The position numbers were made by a program, and so were the translations under genes. Shown in pieces: positions 22,836-33,200 of a stretch of DNA of 64,000 nucleotides. The stretch is from Strigamia acuminata. Its lineage: Eukaryota. The stretch spans positions 27,156,001 to 27,220,000 of the forward strand of contig OX442314.1 in the NCBI GenBank assembly GCA_949358305.1, given 5' to 3'. Every line of letters begins with the position of its first letter. Within the stretch, counting starts at the first letter, position 1. A model generated the notes under the pieces. The model worked only from the letters and a program-made list of their open reading frames with translations. It did not search any database and was not told the DNA's origin.

Positions 22836-25800
22836 TTACGCGATGTTCTTCAATCCAAACTTCGCGACGAACTCTTCATGTTTCGGCTTGAACAAGCCTT
22901 TCGTTAGTACGTCAGCGACCATGTCTTCTGTTTGTAAGAACTCGATGACGACGTCTCCGCGTTCGCAAGTTTCGCGAATAAAATGATGGCGTATGTCAAT
23001 GTGCTTTGTTCTCTGGTGGAATACTGGGTTTCGAACTAGCTTGTGGGCGCCCTGATTGTCACTGTAGATTAAAGTTGGCCCATCGGTCTTCTTACTGAAT
23101 CCTATCTCGTCGAGGAAATTTCGTAAGTAGATGGCTTCCTTCGACGCGTCCGCCAGTGCCATGTATTCCGCTTCTGTTGACGATGTTGCGACGGTTCGCT
23201 GCTTTCTTGCTTCCCAGGAAATGGTTGCGTTGGCGAGTTTGAAGCAGTACCCGGTGTACGACCGTCGATCGTCCAGGCAAGCTCCCCAGTCTGCGTCAGT
23301 GTATCCGAAAAGTTTTTCTTTGGTCTTTTCGTACTTCAAACCGAGACCAGTTGAATACTTCAAATATCGCAACACTCTCTTTGCTGCAGTCCAGTGCGTT
23401 GCGGTGAAGCAGGTGTTGTACTGGCTGAGCGCGCTAACGGTGTATGCGATGTCGGGTCGGGTGCAGACGGCGAGATACATCAAGGATCCGATTAAGTTTT
23501 GATAGGGGTACTCGTTTGGGTCCAATTTCTCTTCTTCTGTCCCATCCTCGTTCTTCTTATTCTTTTGCAGCTTTTGATTTGCATCAAGTGGCGTCGAACT
23601 CGTGGAGCATTCCGGCATCCCAAATCGATTCAATACGTCCTTTGTGTATTTCTTTTGCGACATCTCAATCGACTTCGTTTTTCCATCTTGTCTAAACTCG
23701 ATCCCAAGGCAATAATGGATTGGCCCCAAGTCCTTCATTTTGAACTCGTTTTTCAATTTCGATTTTAGTTTTTCCATGTTGCTCATGCAATTCGTCGCAA
23801 TGATGATATCGTCCACGTAGATTGCAATTAATGTGATGGTGTCGCCATTTCTTCTGTGGTAAATGCACGGGTCCGCATTGGTGGGCTTCAGGCCAAATTT
23901 CCGTAGCTTTTCGTCTAGTTTCTTGTACCACTGCCGGCCTGACTGCTTCAGCCCGTACAGTGCCTTCTTGAGTCGGCATACTTTGTTCCTGTCGAATTTC
24001 AAGCCGGTGATTTTTTCTAACATCTCGGGAATGTCCATATATATTTCTTCCTCGATGTCACCGTTCAAATAAGCCGTCACGACGTCCATCTGATGCACCG
24101 TCAATCCCAGTTCTGTAGCGATTGCCATTACTGTTCTAATTGATGCTGGTCGTGCAACAGGTGCATAAGTTTCAAAATAATCAACCCCTGGTTGCTGTGC
24201 GTATCCTTTCGCGACTAGGCGTGCCTTTCTTCGCTCGACCGATCCTTTTGCATCGAACTTCGTGCGCAAAACCCATCTGCTTCCGATCGTCTTTCGATTC
24301 TTCGGTCGGTCGCACAAGATCCACGTTTTGTTCTCGATTAGCGCGTCGAATTCGGCTTTCAATGCTTCTTTCCATTCTTGTGAGTTGTCTCCAGTCAACG
24401 CCTCATCTGCCGTGTTCGGATCGTCGGGGGTGGCGATGTGTGCAACTTCGTCTTCGATTATTTGTTCTATGTTTCTTCTCGTGTAGGGCTTCCGTGGTGG
24501 GTCCCCGTTTCGATTCGGATATGGCTTTGGTGTTCTTCCGGATCGTCGTGGAATTATTTGCGTGTTTTCATTCTGACGAGGTTCGGCTTCTTTGTGTTGC
24601 GTCTCTCTCTCGTCTTCATTGTCGGATTCGTCTTCGTTTGCGCTCTCAATTTCATTCTCAGAATTTTCGGTTCTGTCTTCGACTGGATCTGTACTGAAAT
24701 CAATGAAATTGTCATTAAAATTATTATTATTATCGCTTTCTTCACATTCTTCATTCGTCTCATTTTTTGACTTCTCGACAAATTTCACATCGCGGCTTTT
24801 TATGACTTTATTTTCGCTTTTCGACCACAAACAATACGCCTTCGATCCGTCCCAATATCCGATGAGAATACATTCTTTTGATTTCGGTTCGAACTTCCCC
24901 TTGTTCGGTTTCTTGTCCAAGGCGAAAACTCTGCTCCCGAAAACTCGAAAATAGTCGACATTTGGTTTTCTTCCGGTCCAAACTTGATGCGGGATTTCAT
25001 TTTCTAAACTTCTAGTTGGGCATTTATTTCGGATGTGGCATGCAGTGTTGATTGCTTCCGCCCAGTACGTGTTGGGCAATTTTGCTTGCAGTAACATGCA
25101 TCGTGCCACCTCGATCAAAGTTCTATTCATTCTTTCCGAGACGCCATTTTGTTCCGGGGTTCGTTCGACGCTGGTTTGGCGCTTTATGCCGTTTTCTTGT
25201 AAATATGCGTCGAATTTCTTATTTACATATTCTTTCCCGTTGTCCGATCGTAAAACTTTGAGCGCGCATCCAGTTTCCTTCTCGCAAAAAGTTTTAAACG
25301 ACTTGAATGCCTCGAAAACTTCACTTTTGTGTTTCAAAAAGTACACCTTGCACCATCTCGATTTATCGTCGGTAAACGTCACGAAATACCTCGATCCATT
25401 CATGGACTTCGTTGGCATTGGTCCGCATACGTCCGAGTGCACCAACTCCAATAGTTTTTCACTTTTTGACATGGAAATGGGAAACTTTTTACTTGCGTGC
25501 TTCCCCTCGATGCATGTCTCACAAGTCGGCAGCTTTGCGTCCTTTTCAAAGTCAATTCCGTTTGCCTTTTCGTTTAGTATTTTTAGGCTTGACTCATTCA
25601 GGTGCCCGAGTCTCTTGTGCCACTCCTGGATTTTTGTACTTGCGGGTTTTTCGGGTTTTGATCCAGTTCCAACCTTAATTTCCGCAGCGGTCGCAGCATC
25701 CTCGGTCTCGTCGACGATGTAGTACAATCCATTTCTTTTTTCGGCGGTGAGTACGAGTTCTCCATTTGAATTTATCACTTTTCCCGATTTATTGTCGAAA

Positions 25801-26159
25801 ATTACTTTGTGGCCTCGTTCTGTGATCTTCCCGACTGACATCAAATTCGTTCGTAAATCTCGTACCAAAAGAGTCTCTGCCAAATCCAACTTCATATTTC
25901 CGTCCCCAGTCTTGACGACGATTTTCGCGGTTCCTTTTCCGTCGATATTCGTGCTCGCCTTGCTGGCCAAATTCAGCTTCTGGTTTTTCAGGAATTCGAT
26001 CGTCGAAAATGTTGAGTCGCTCGAACACATGTGGGAACTTGCGCCGCTGTCTAAACACCAATTTCTCGGTCGGGACTTCTCGCTTATCAGTGCTGTCTCG
26101 TGTTGCTCGCAGAAAAATAATTCGTACTTGGACTTCTCGGCTCTTGATGCGCTTTCCTT
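22836..26159 (-). CDS. pol: Copia pol portion (PR-IN-RT-RNase H), open, separated from gag by the Gypsy insertion
   Basis: WCLDSGASSHM, WHKRLGH, HSDVCGP, RSDNGKEY, KARLVAKG, YVDD, YTDADW, KHIDIRHHF. The ORF-track extension 26160-26675 is Gypsy LTR sequence. Confidence 0.95.
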   Translation of the reverse strand, partial: KESASRAEKSKYELFFCEQHETALISEKSRPRNWCLDSGASSHMCSSDSTFSTIEFLKNQKLNLASKASTNIDGKGTAKIVVKTGDGNMKLDLAETLLVRDLRTNLMSVGKITERGHKVIFDNKSGKVINSNGELVLTAEKRNGLYYIVDETEDAATAAEIKVGTGSKPEKPASTKIQEWHKRLGHLNESSLKILNEKANGIDFEKDAKLPTCETCIEGKHASKKFPISMSKSEKLLELVHSDVCGPMPTKSMNGSRYFVTFTDDKSRWCKVYFLKHKSEVFEAFKSFKTFCEKETGCALKVLRSDNGKEYVNKKFDAYLQENGIKRQTSVERTPEQNGVSERMNRTLIEVARCMLLQAKLPNTYWAEAINTACHIRNKCPTRSLENEIPHQVWTGRKPNVDYFRVFGSRVFALDKKPNKGKFEPKSKECILIGYWDGSKAYCLWSKSENKVIKSRDVKFVEKSKNETNEECEESDNNNNFNDNFIDFSTDPVEDRTENSENEIESANEDESDNEDERETQHKEAEPRQNENTQIIPRRSGRTPKPYPNRNGDPPRKPYTRRNIEQIIEDEVAHIATPDDPNTADEALTGDNSQEWKEALKAEFDALIENKTWILCDRPKNRKTIGSRWVLRTKFDAKGSVERRKARLVAKGYAQQPGVDYFETYAPVARPASIRTVMAIATELGLTVHQMDVVTAYLNGDIEEEIYMDIPEMLEKITGLKFDRNKVCRLKKALYGLKQSGRQWYKKLDEKLRKFGLKPTNADPCIYHRRNGDTITLIAIYVDDIIIATNCMSNMEKLKSKLKNEFKMKDLGPIHYCLGIEFRQDGKTKSIEMSQKKYTKDVLNRFGMPECSTSSTPLDANQKLQKNKKNEDGTEEEKLDPNEYPYQNLIGSLMYLAVCTRPDIAYTVSALSQYNTCFTATHWTAAKRVLRYLKYSTGLGLKYEKTKEKLFGYTDADWGACLDDRRSYTGYCFKLANATISWEARKQRTVATSSTEAEYMALADASKEAIYLRNFLDEIGFSKKTDGPTLIYSDNQGAHKLVRNPVFHQRTKHIDIRHHFIRETCERGDVVIEFLQTEDMVADVLTKGLFKPKHEEFVAKFGLKNIA

Positions 26160-27316
26160 TGTGGTGACCTCAAATATTCCTATTTGAGTGCGCACCATAT
26201 TTCCAAATTGTCTTATAAACATATTCAACAAGCTTATATGTTTTGTTTCAATGTAAATTGAAATAAAACATACATCAATAAAATATAAAACAAGACACAA
26301 TATTACCCAAATAATATTGTGTTTTGCAGCAAGTTTTGGCCCAGCAACAGCGTCAACCAATCGCGCTGCAGCGTGCATTGCTTTGATGATGCTGCTAGGC
26401 GTGTGCCTGGGCGGAGCATCCCTTCCCCTCGCGCGTGCCCGGCTCAATTGTTGCACACGACCCGAAGGCGGCCGTGTGTGATCTTTGTGCAACTCGTCAT
26501 CTGCGCAGCTTTTCTGAGCAGATTTAGGAGTGAGCCAAACGGTTTTGGCCCACTCTTCCCGCATTCTTGATTCTGCTTCCAAACCATTCACATCTGTGTC
26601 AAACTTATGCCAACCATTGCTAAGTGTGATCTGTGATATCTGGAAGAGTTGAGATTCATTGCTGGTCCGTGCCAACTGTACGGAATAGCGCCTTTCTGCT
26701 TGAATTACTACGTGTAATTTAAGCCATTTCTGTGTGGAACTAACATCGAGTTTACTCTGTTAGTTTGAAGGCTTTGTGTTGAGTTTAACTCCACAAAGCG
26801 AACTGTGTTAAGACGGATTATTACGTCGAGCTTGCTCTGTAATAATCAAACCGCTGTGTGCAAGACGTGTTCTCGTGTTGAGCTTGCTCCGCGAGGATTT
26901 TAGTATATTTTAGCAACGTATTTTAGCGTCGAGTTTACTCCGCTAAAATCCCGCGCTCACACGACGCCATCGACGCCATCTTGGAGCCAACGGTCAACTG
27001 TGAGTGTACATTTGAAGAAGAAGCCAGATCGACCCCAAACATTTTAAATAATACCTCCTTTGTATTTTGAACGATTAAAACTATCTAATTTTTCCTTTAC
27101 TCTGTGTAAAATCATTCCCCTAGACAAACATTTGGCCACAGAGTAGAAGTCCTGTACGGCATCTCACCGACGATTGCTTATTGAATTTATATAATTTAAT
27201 AAGTAAAAACCCGGATCGCCGCACTTGGGGGCCCGTCCGGGATAGTTTTGATTGTTAAAATCCGATTTTTGCGAAAAAAATCCTTTATTTCCATTGTTCT
27301 TTTTCAATTTGACAAA

Positions 27317-30208
27317 ATGGCGACGCCAATGCAAATTGTAAAACGACAGCGAGGTCGACCAAGCACTCAGAAACGAGCAGCGACGGTTTTGCCGGCTCTC
27401 GAGCCTGAAATGCTTATGGAGAAAATTATTTCTGAAGAAATAACACCAGTTCCAGATCCGAAACAACTTAAGGATGCTGAAAATGAAGTTGCTAAAGCAT
27501 TAAGCGCTTCAAGTGCGAGTTCTAACGACCAAGAACTCCCGCCACTTCCACTGGAGGAAGTGGAAAATACGTTACGTGAAATGGAAAGTGAATCGTCTCA
27601 CGAATCACCTCCTCGCATGACCATGCTGGATGCTTTGAGAAATCAAGCACGCCAGGATGGCACCCAAATAACGGACGACATGACGGTGGAAGAGATTCAT
27701 CGCGCCATGATACGACTTCACACTGACCGAGCCGTTTCAAATTTACAATTTGAAATGGAACGAAAAGAAGCTGAGCTTCAACAACAAAAAGCGGAGGTTG
27801 AGCTCCAACACATGGAACTCAATCGACAAAATGAGGAATTTCTAGCCCAAAAAGCTAGAGAATACAGATTAAAAGGTGAAGTGGAAGATCTTTCTAAAAT
27901 GAACGTTAGAAATGAACTTTCAATTCGCTCACATCAGGAGGCGCGAAGACAGCTCGAGCTTACTAAAAGTAAGCTGGAGCAGAAAAATAAAGAACTGATT
28001 GATTTGGCAGACCACTACCAACGCAATCATAATCAACTAGTGAGATATGCTGCTGAATTAGACACACGTGCTAAAACACAGCGTACTCGCGAAAGCAAAA
28101 TAGCTAAGCGTGAAGACGAGATTTTCCACTCGCTGGATCAACCCAGTACGAGCGGACAAGTCAAGTCCAGCGGCCCTGCTAAGCGATTACAACCAGAATC
28201 GCAAAATCAAATAAATGAGAATGAAATTCTCCGAGCTGATTTGTTGCGCGCTCAAGAAGAGCTTGCAGAAATGAAAGATCATTTGCAAGCAAGAAATTAT
28301 ACTGACCAATTGGTGCAACCAGAAATGACTGCGCCAACTGTCCCTATTTTGACTCCCGAAACAATAACAATTTCTGTTGTTTCAGAGTTAAGTAGCCAAT
28401 CTGGATTATCGAGTGATGACGACCAACGTTCGCGTCGTCGCCATCGCTCAAAAAGAAAACGTCCTTCAGATTCTGAGGAACGGAGAGCTGATCGCAATCC
28501 GCTCCCTGGTAATCGAAACCCTATTTTTCACAATAGTGACCGACTGTTGGGAATGGTAGACGATCGAAACAGACGACATGAAACAGGTATTCACGTCGCC
28601 CGAACGATACCACTGGCTCAGCAGCAAGATTCGTCGAAAAGAAGTCGACGAGACACCAATCCAGCACGCGAACCGCCGGACGGACATGAAAGCCCGCCCG
28701 GTGGGGGTCAGTATAGGAGAAATCCACCAGATGGAGGAAATCCAGATGGACATGGAGATGGACCACCTGGAGGTGGACGTCGACCGCCAGACGATGACGG
28801 CGACCCACCCGACCCACCTGAAACGCCACATTTTAACACGCCTTCAAATTCACAATCTGATTCAAGGTCGGATTCTGATGTGAATGCGCAACAAGAACGC
28901 GATAATCGACATCGATCTCATCGACGTCGACATCGAGGCCATTCTTCTCGGCGTAATACACATTATTACACTGCTGAAGAAATTGATCGATTATTAGCTG
29001 ATCGTCGATCTGCTGATCGATCTGACGCTACTGCCGATAATGCTGACATTGCATTACGACAAAAAATTGCACAATACACTGCCAACAACTGGACTCACGA
29101 TCTAGTTGATGAAAGAACTATTAGATGGGATCACATCAAACCCGCTTTATTCGATGGAGAATGGGAAGCTGGATCCACTCTTTTAGATGAAGTTTTACGA
29201 ATTTCAAGGTTGAATGGCATTGCATGTCACACTGCTTTGAAAAGAGTAGTACCTAAAGCTCTTATAGACCGAGCTGAGAAATGGTTTTATTCTAAACAAT
29301 TTCAAAATTGGAACCACTTTGTAGAAGAATTCATGACTGAGTATGGAGAGTCAAGTGAAGACTTATTACAAATGTGGGATAATCTTTCTCAAAATAAAGG
29401 CGAAAGTCTTCGCTCTTATTTAAGAAGGACTGAGGATTTATTGGTCACTCTCCCTTATACGATGGGAGATGCAGCCATTGATCGTCAATTCCGACGTGGA
29501 TTGACAGATTATTCAAAAAATGTTCTACTTTCAGTACGAGCACCTTATCCGGGTGGTTTCGCTGAATTAGCCAAATTTATGCGAGCCAATCAAATAAGGA
29601 TTGACGAAAATTATAAAGCTTATCTACCAGCTGATGAAAAAGTTGCGTACGCTAAGCGACAGCAACGGAGAAAGGAATTAGCTAAAGATACACGTTTTGC
29701 TAATACCCCTCTTTTGCAACCCCCAAAACGAGGAGATTTTTTGGCAGAGACTGCTAAGGAATCTAAAAAGGGATCGGATGGGAAAAATCCACATCCAACC
29801 CCTAAAGCTCACTTAGCCGAAGTGACTGAAATGGAAACTGCTTCTGAACCAGAGAAATCTGACTCGGAACCAGAAAGTGAGGCTGCAGCTGCTTTATTAG
29901 CCCGTAATAACGCAGTAGCTCGAAAATTTGGACCAAAGATGGCGCCTAAAAACGTTACTTTTGGTTCACCGAAGACAGACGCACTCAGTAGATCGAAGTC
30001 GCCGACCCCTAAAAAAGACGAGGCCAATTGTTCAAGTTCGCCTTCGCCAAAAGTCGCGAAATCGCCCGCTACTGACCCGTGTAATATTTGTAAAAAATTG
30101 GGACATTGGGTTAAAGAATGTCCTGACAGAAAATCGAGCAAAGACAAGATTATAGAAGAGTTTGAGAAATCGATGAAATCAATCGGCGAACTTCTAAAAA
30201 ACTTGTAA
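27317..30208 (+). CDS. gag: Gag: coiled-coil and disordered N-terminus, capsid domain, CCHC knuckle
   Basis: ATG at 27317; FDGEWEAG...ALIDRAEKWF...LSQNKGESLRSY; CNICKKLGHWVKEC. Confidence 0.93.
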   Translation: MATPMQIVKRQRGRPSTQKRAATVLPALEPEMLMEKIISEEITPVPDPKQLKDAENEVAKALSASSASSNDQELPPLPLEEVENTLREMESESSHESPPRMTMLDALRNQARQDGTQITDDMTVEEIHRAMIRLHTDRAVSNLQFEMERKEAELQQQKAEVELQHMELNRQNEEFLAQKAREYRLKGEVEDLSKMNVRNELSIRSHQEARRQLELTKSKLEQKNKELIDLADHYQRNHNQLVRYAAELDTRAKTQRTRESKIAKREDEIFHSLDQPSTSGQVKSSGPAKRLQPESQNQINENEILRADLLRAQEELAEMKDHLQARNYTDQLVQPEMTAPTVPILTPETITISVVSELSSQSGLSSDDDQRSRRRHRSKRKRPSDSEERRADRNPLPGNRNPIFHNSDRLLGMVDDRNRRHETGIHVARTIPLAQQQDSSKRSRRDTNPAREPPDGHESPPGGGQYRRNPPDGGNPDGHGDGPPGGGRRPPDDDGDPPDPPETPHFNTPSNSQSDSRSDSDVNAQQERDNRHRSHRRRHRGHSSRRNTHYYTAEEIDRLLADRRSADRSDATADNADIALRQKIAQYTANNWTHDLVDERTIRWDHIKPALFDGEWEAGSTLLDEVLRISRLNGIACHTALKRVVPKALIDRAEKWFYSKQFQNWNHFVEEFMTEYGESSEDLLQMWDNLSQNKGESLRSYLRRTEDLLVTLPYTMGDAAIDRQFRRGLTDYSKNVLLSVRAPYPGGFAELAKFMRANQIRIDENYKAYLPADEKVAYAKRQQRRKELAKDTRFANTPLLQPPKRGDFLAETAKESKKGSDGKNPHPTPKAHLAEVTEMETASEPEKSDSEPESEAAAALLARNNAVARKFGPKMAPKNVTFGSPKTDALSRSKSPTPKKDEANCSSSPSPKVAKSPATDPCNICKKLGHWVKECPDRKSSKDKIIEEFEKSMKSIGELLKNL

Positions 30209-30237
30209 GCGCGCATCCAGACGGTCTAGTGGATGCG
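30196..30237 (+). promoter_or_regulatory. -1 ribosomal frameshift signal (slippery heptamer plus stem-loop)
   Basis: A_AAA_AAC at 30196-30202 in the gag frame, followed by a CGCATCCA...TGGATGCG stem. The -1 frame reads KKLVSAHPDGLVDAT into pol. Confidence 0.85.
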
Positions 30238-33200
30238 ACGCCTACCGTCTCGGAAAACGAACTAACACCATCTCAGATTTTAGATGAATTTTTAAATACA
30301 CAGATTAAATTAGAATTAGAAAATAATTTAATATTTCCAAAAATTGATGTTTCCAGTTTGAGGCTTGTGCTGCAAAATGAAAACATCACTGAAGAATTTT
30401 TTAAAGAAAAAGTTCAACAAATAAAAATTGATTGGGAATCTAAAATAAAAGATGCTGTTACTTTACTAGATGGAAAAGCTAGGCCAACACTTGAAATTGT
30501 TGAAAGGTCAGATAAAATTGATTTACCTGGTCTTGACGATTGTATTGAAAAATTAATGGCTGCAACGTTAGCCACTAATGATTTATTGGACGAATTACCA
30601 TTGAATCCGCCGATAGAAATTAAGCCACCGCGACGTTTTAGATGCAAGTACGCGGACATACCAAACAGCAATGATTTGCCGACAATTCGATTACAGACGG
30701 CAAACGGTATGATAACAGGGATGTTAGACTCTGGAGCTAATCGAAGCTTCATGGCCTACTCCGTAGTAATTTCGCTGAAACTGGAAGATGAAATTCGACC
30801 AATTGGACCGGATGTGAGAGTTACAACTGCTTCAGAAGATGTAGTCCCTGAAGGAACTCTCCTACTTTCTTTTGCGTGGACTCACGGGATGTTAAGTCAT
30901 CCATTCATAATTTTAAGAAATAAATATCCTATTGTTTTATTAGGATGTGATTTTATGAATCGACTCAACATACAACCAAATCCTAAGACAATGTCTTGGA
31001 ATTTTGTCAAGTCTTTGAAAGAAGATTTACCTTTTGTTCCTCAAGCGATTCTTGATCGTTATCAAGAGTTCCTTGATCCACCCGAAGAAATCATGAAACG
31101 CGACTTTATTAAAGCAAATCACATGAAAGCTGGTTCCGCCACTGCATGTCAAGCTAAAGTTGCCGATGAAGAAAATATAGTACAAAGACTTGTTAGCGAC
31201 GCTAATTTGTCAATGGAAAATAATTTAATGCTTGAAAGAGTATTAAAGAAACATGAAAAGATTTTATCACGCCGACCAGGTAGAACACACCTCGTTAGGC
31301 ATGAAATTAAACTGGACACTAAAGTTCCTATTAGAGTTCCGTTTAAAAGCGTAAATCCACAAAAACGTGAAATTATCCGTCAAATCTGTCAAGACATGTT
31401 GGATAATGGATACGTTGAACAAGCCACTGGAGACTATGGAATGCGAATAGTTCTAGTGATGCGTCCGGATTGTGATCCGAGACTCTGCATTGATTTTAGA
31501 CCACTCAATGCACATACATTATACGACCCTCCTCAAATGCCCAGCATTGAGGAAATCTTGCGAGAACTCGGAAGATTTGAATGGGTCACAACGATAGATT
31601 TGTCAAAAGGCTATTGGCAAATAGAGGTTCATCCGAACGACCGTGCTAAAACTGCGTTTTGGAGCCCTTTGGGTCGACTGCAATTTCGAGTCATGCCCTT
31701 TGGTCTCGTAAATGCGCCGTCAACTTTCCAAAAGTTGATAGAAAAAATTTTGGGGGACGCCTATCGAAAATTTGCATGGGCATACCTCGATGATATAATC
31801 ATTATATCTAAAAATTTTGAAGAACACATGATTCATCTGGAAGAAATTCTGAGTAAACTTGAAAATGCAAATCTTCATGTTCATCCAGAAAAATCGAAAT
31901 TTGGCAGAAAAGAATTAACTTTTCTTGGTTACAAGTTAAGTGTTCAAGGAGTTAGTGTCGACCCTAAAAAAGTCGCCGCTATTAAAGAAATGTCAGCTCC
32001 TTCAAATTTGAAAGAGTTGCAAAGATTTTTGGGAATGGTGAACTTTTTTCACAGATTACTCAAGAATCTAGCAGTCATGACAGAACCTCTACGTCCTTTA
32101 CTCAAAAAGGATGTGGAATTTATTTGGTCAGAAATTCAGCAAGAAGCTTTTGATCAAATAAAAGATGCTTTAACGAATGCAGAGACAATGGCCATGCCTG
32201 ATTTGACAGAACCATTTATTGTGCATACCGACGCTAGCAGGAAAGGACTAGGCGCCGCGCTTATGCAAATGAGAAAAATCGATGATCAAAATATCGAAGT
32301 GCCTTGTGTTTATGCCAGCAGAAGTTTGCAACCTGCTGAGATAAATTACAGCGCCACAGAATTAGAATGCCTTGCGGTAATATGGGCATTACGTAAATTT
32401 CGACATTATTTGGAATTTACCACATTTATAGTAAGGACTGACCATCAAGCATTAAAATGGTTGATGCAGTTAGACGAACCTGCCGGAAGGTTAGCACGTT
32501 GGCAAATGGAGCTGATGCGCTATTCTTTCGAAATACAATACATTAAAGGTCCACTAAATGTTTTAGCGGATGCTTTATCCAGATCACCGATTGACAAACC
32601 GGAAAATCCTGAAGATGATAAAGATAATGACGAATTATTATCTTACTGTCCATCACCTCAACGAAATTGGAAAATGGGAAAATTTCATGAACTTCCTGTC
32701 TCCACGCTGGAGGAAAAGGAAGATCACGAATTCGTCAACTACTGGACTAAAATTTATGACCCCTCTGAGGAATCAGATGACGTCATAAGAGCGCAAATTT
32801 CAAGGAAATTTCAAATTCCTTCGTCAAATGTTTTAATAAAAGCATTTGTCGCCAAAGTCGTAGAGCGTCTTGATTGTGAACCCTCCACAAGGGAAGACAT
32901 AATCAAGGCCCAAAAAGAAGATAAAGCTTGCCAATTGATGCGTAATTTTTTAAATTGTAATCAATTTCCGCCTGACGTCACAACGCGACTCCAGAGGAAA
33001 CAATATAGAAAACACGCAACCACCTTCTTAATTGAAGATGACTTATTAATGCAATTTCATCCCACAATGTCTGATGAATTGGGGGAGGATGGGAGAGCAC
33101 TCAAAGTTTTTGTACCTCAGACATTGAAGTATAAAATTATTTGGCTAATGCATGGCCACCCACTTTCTGGCCACCCAGGAATTGCAAGGACTCTTTATCG

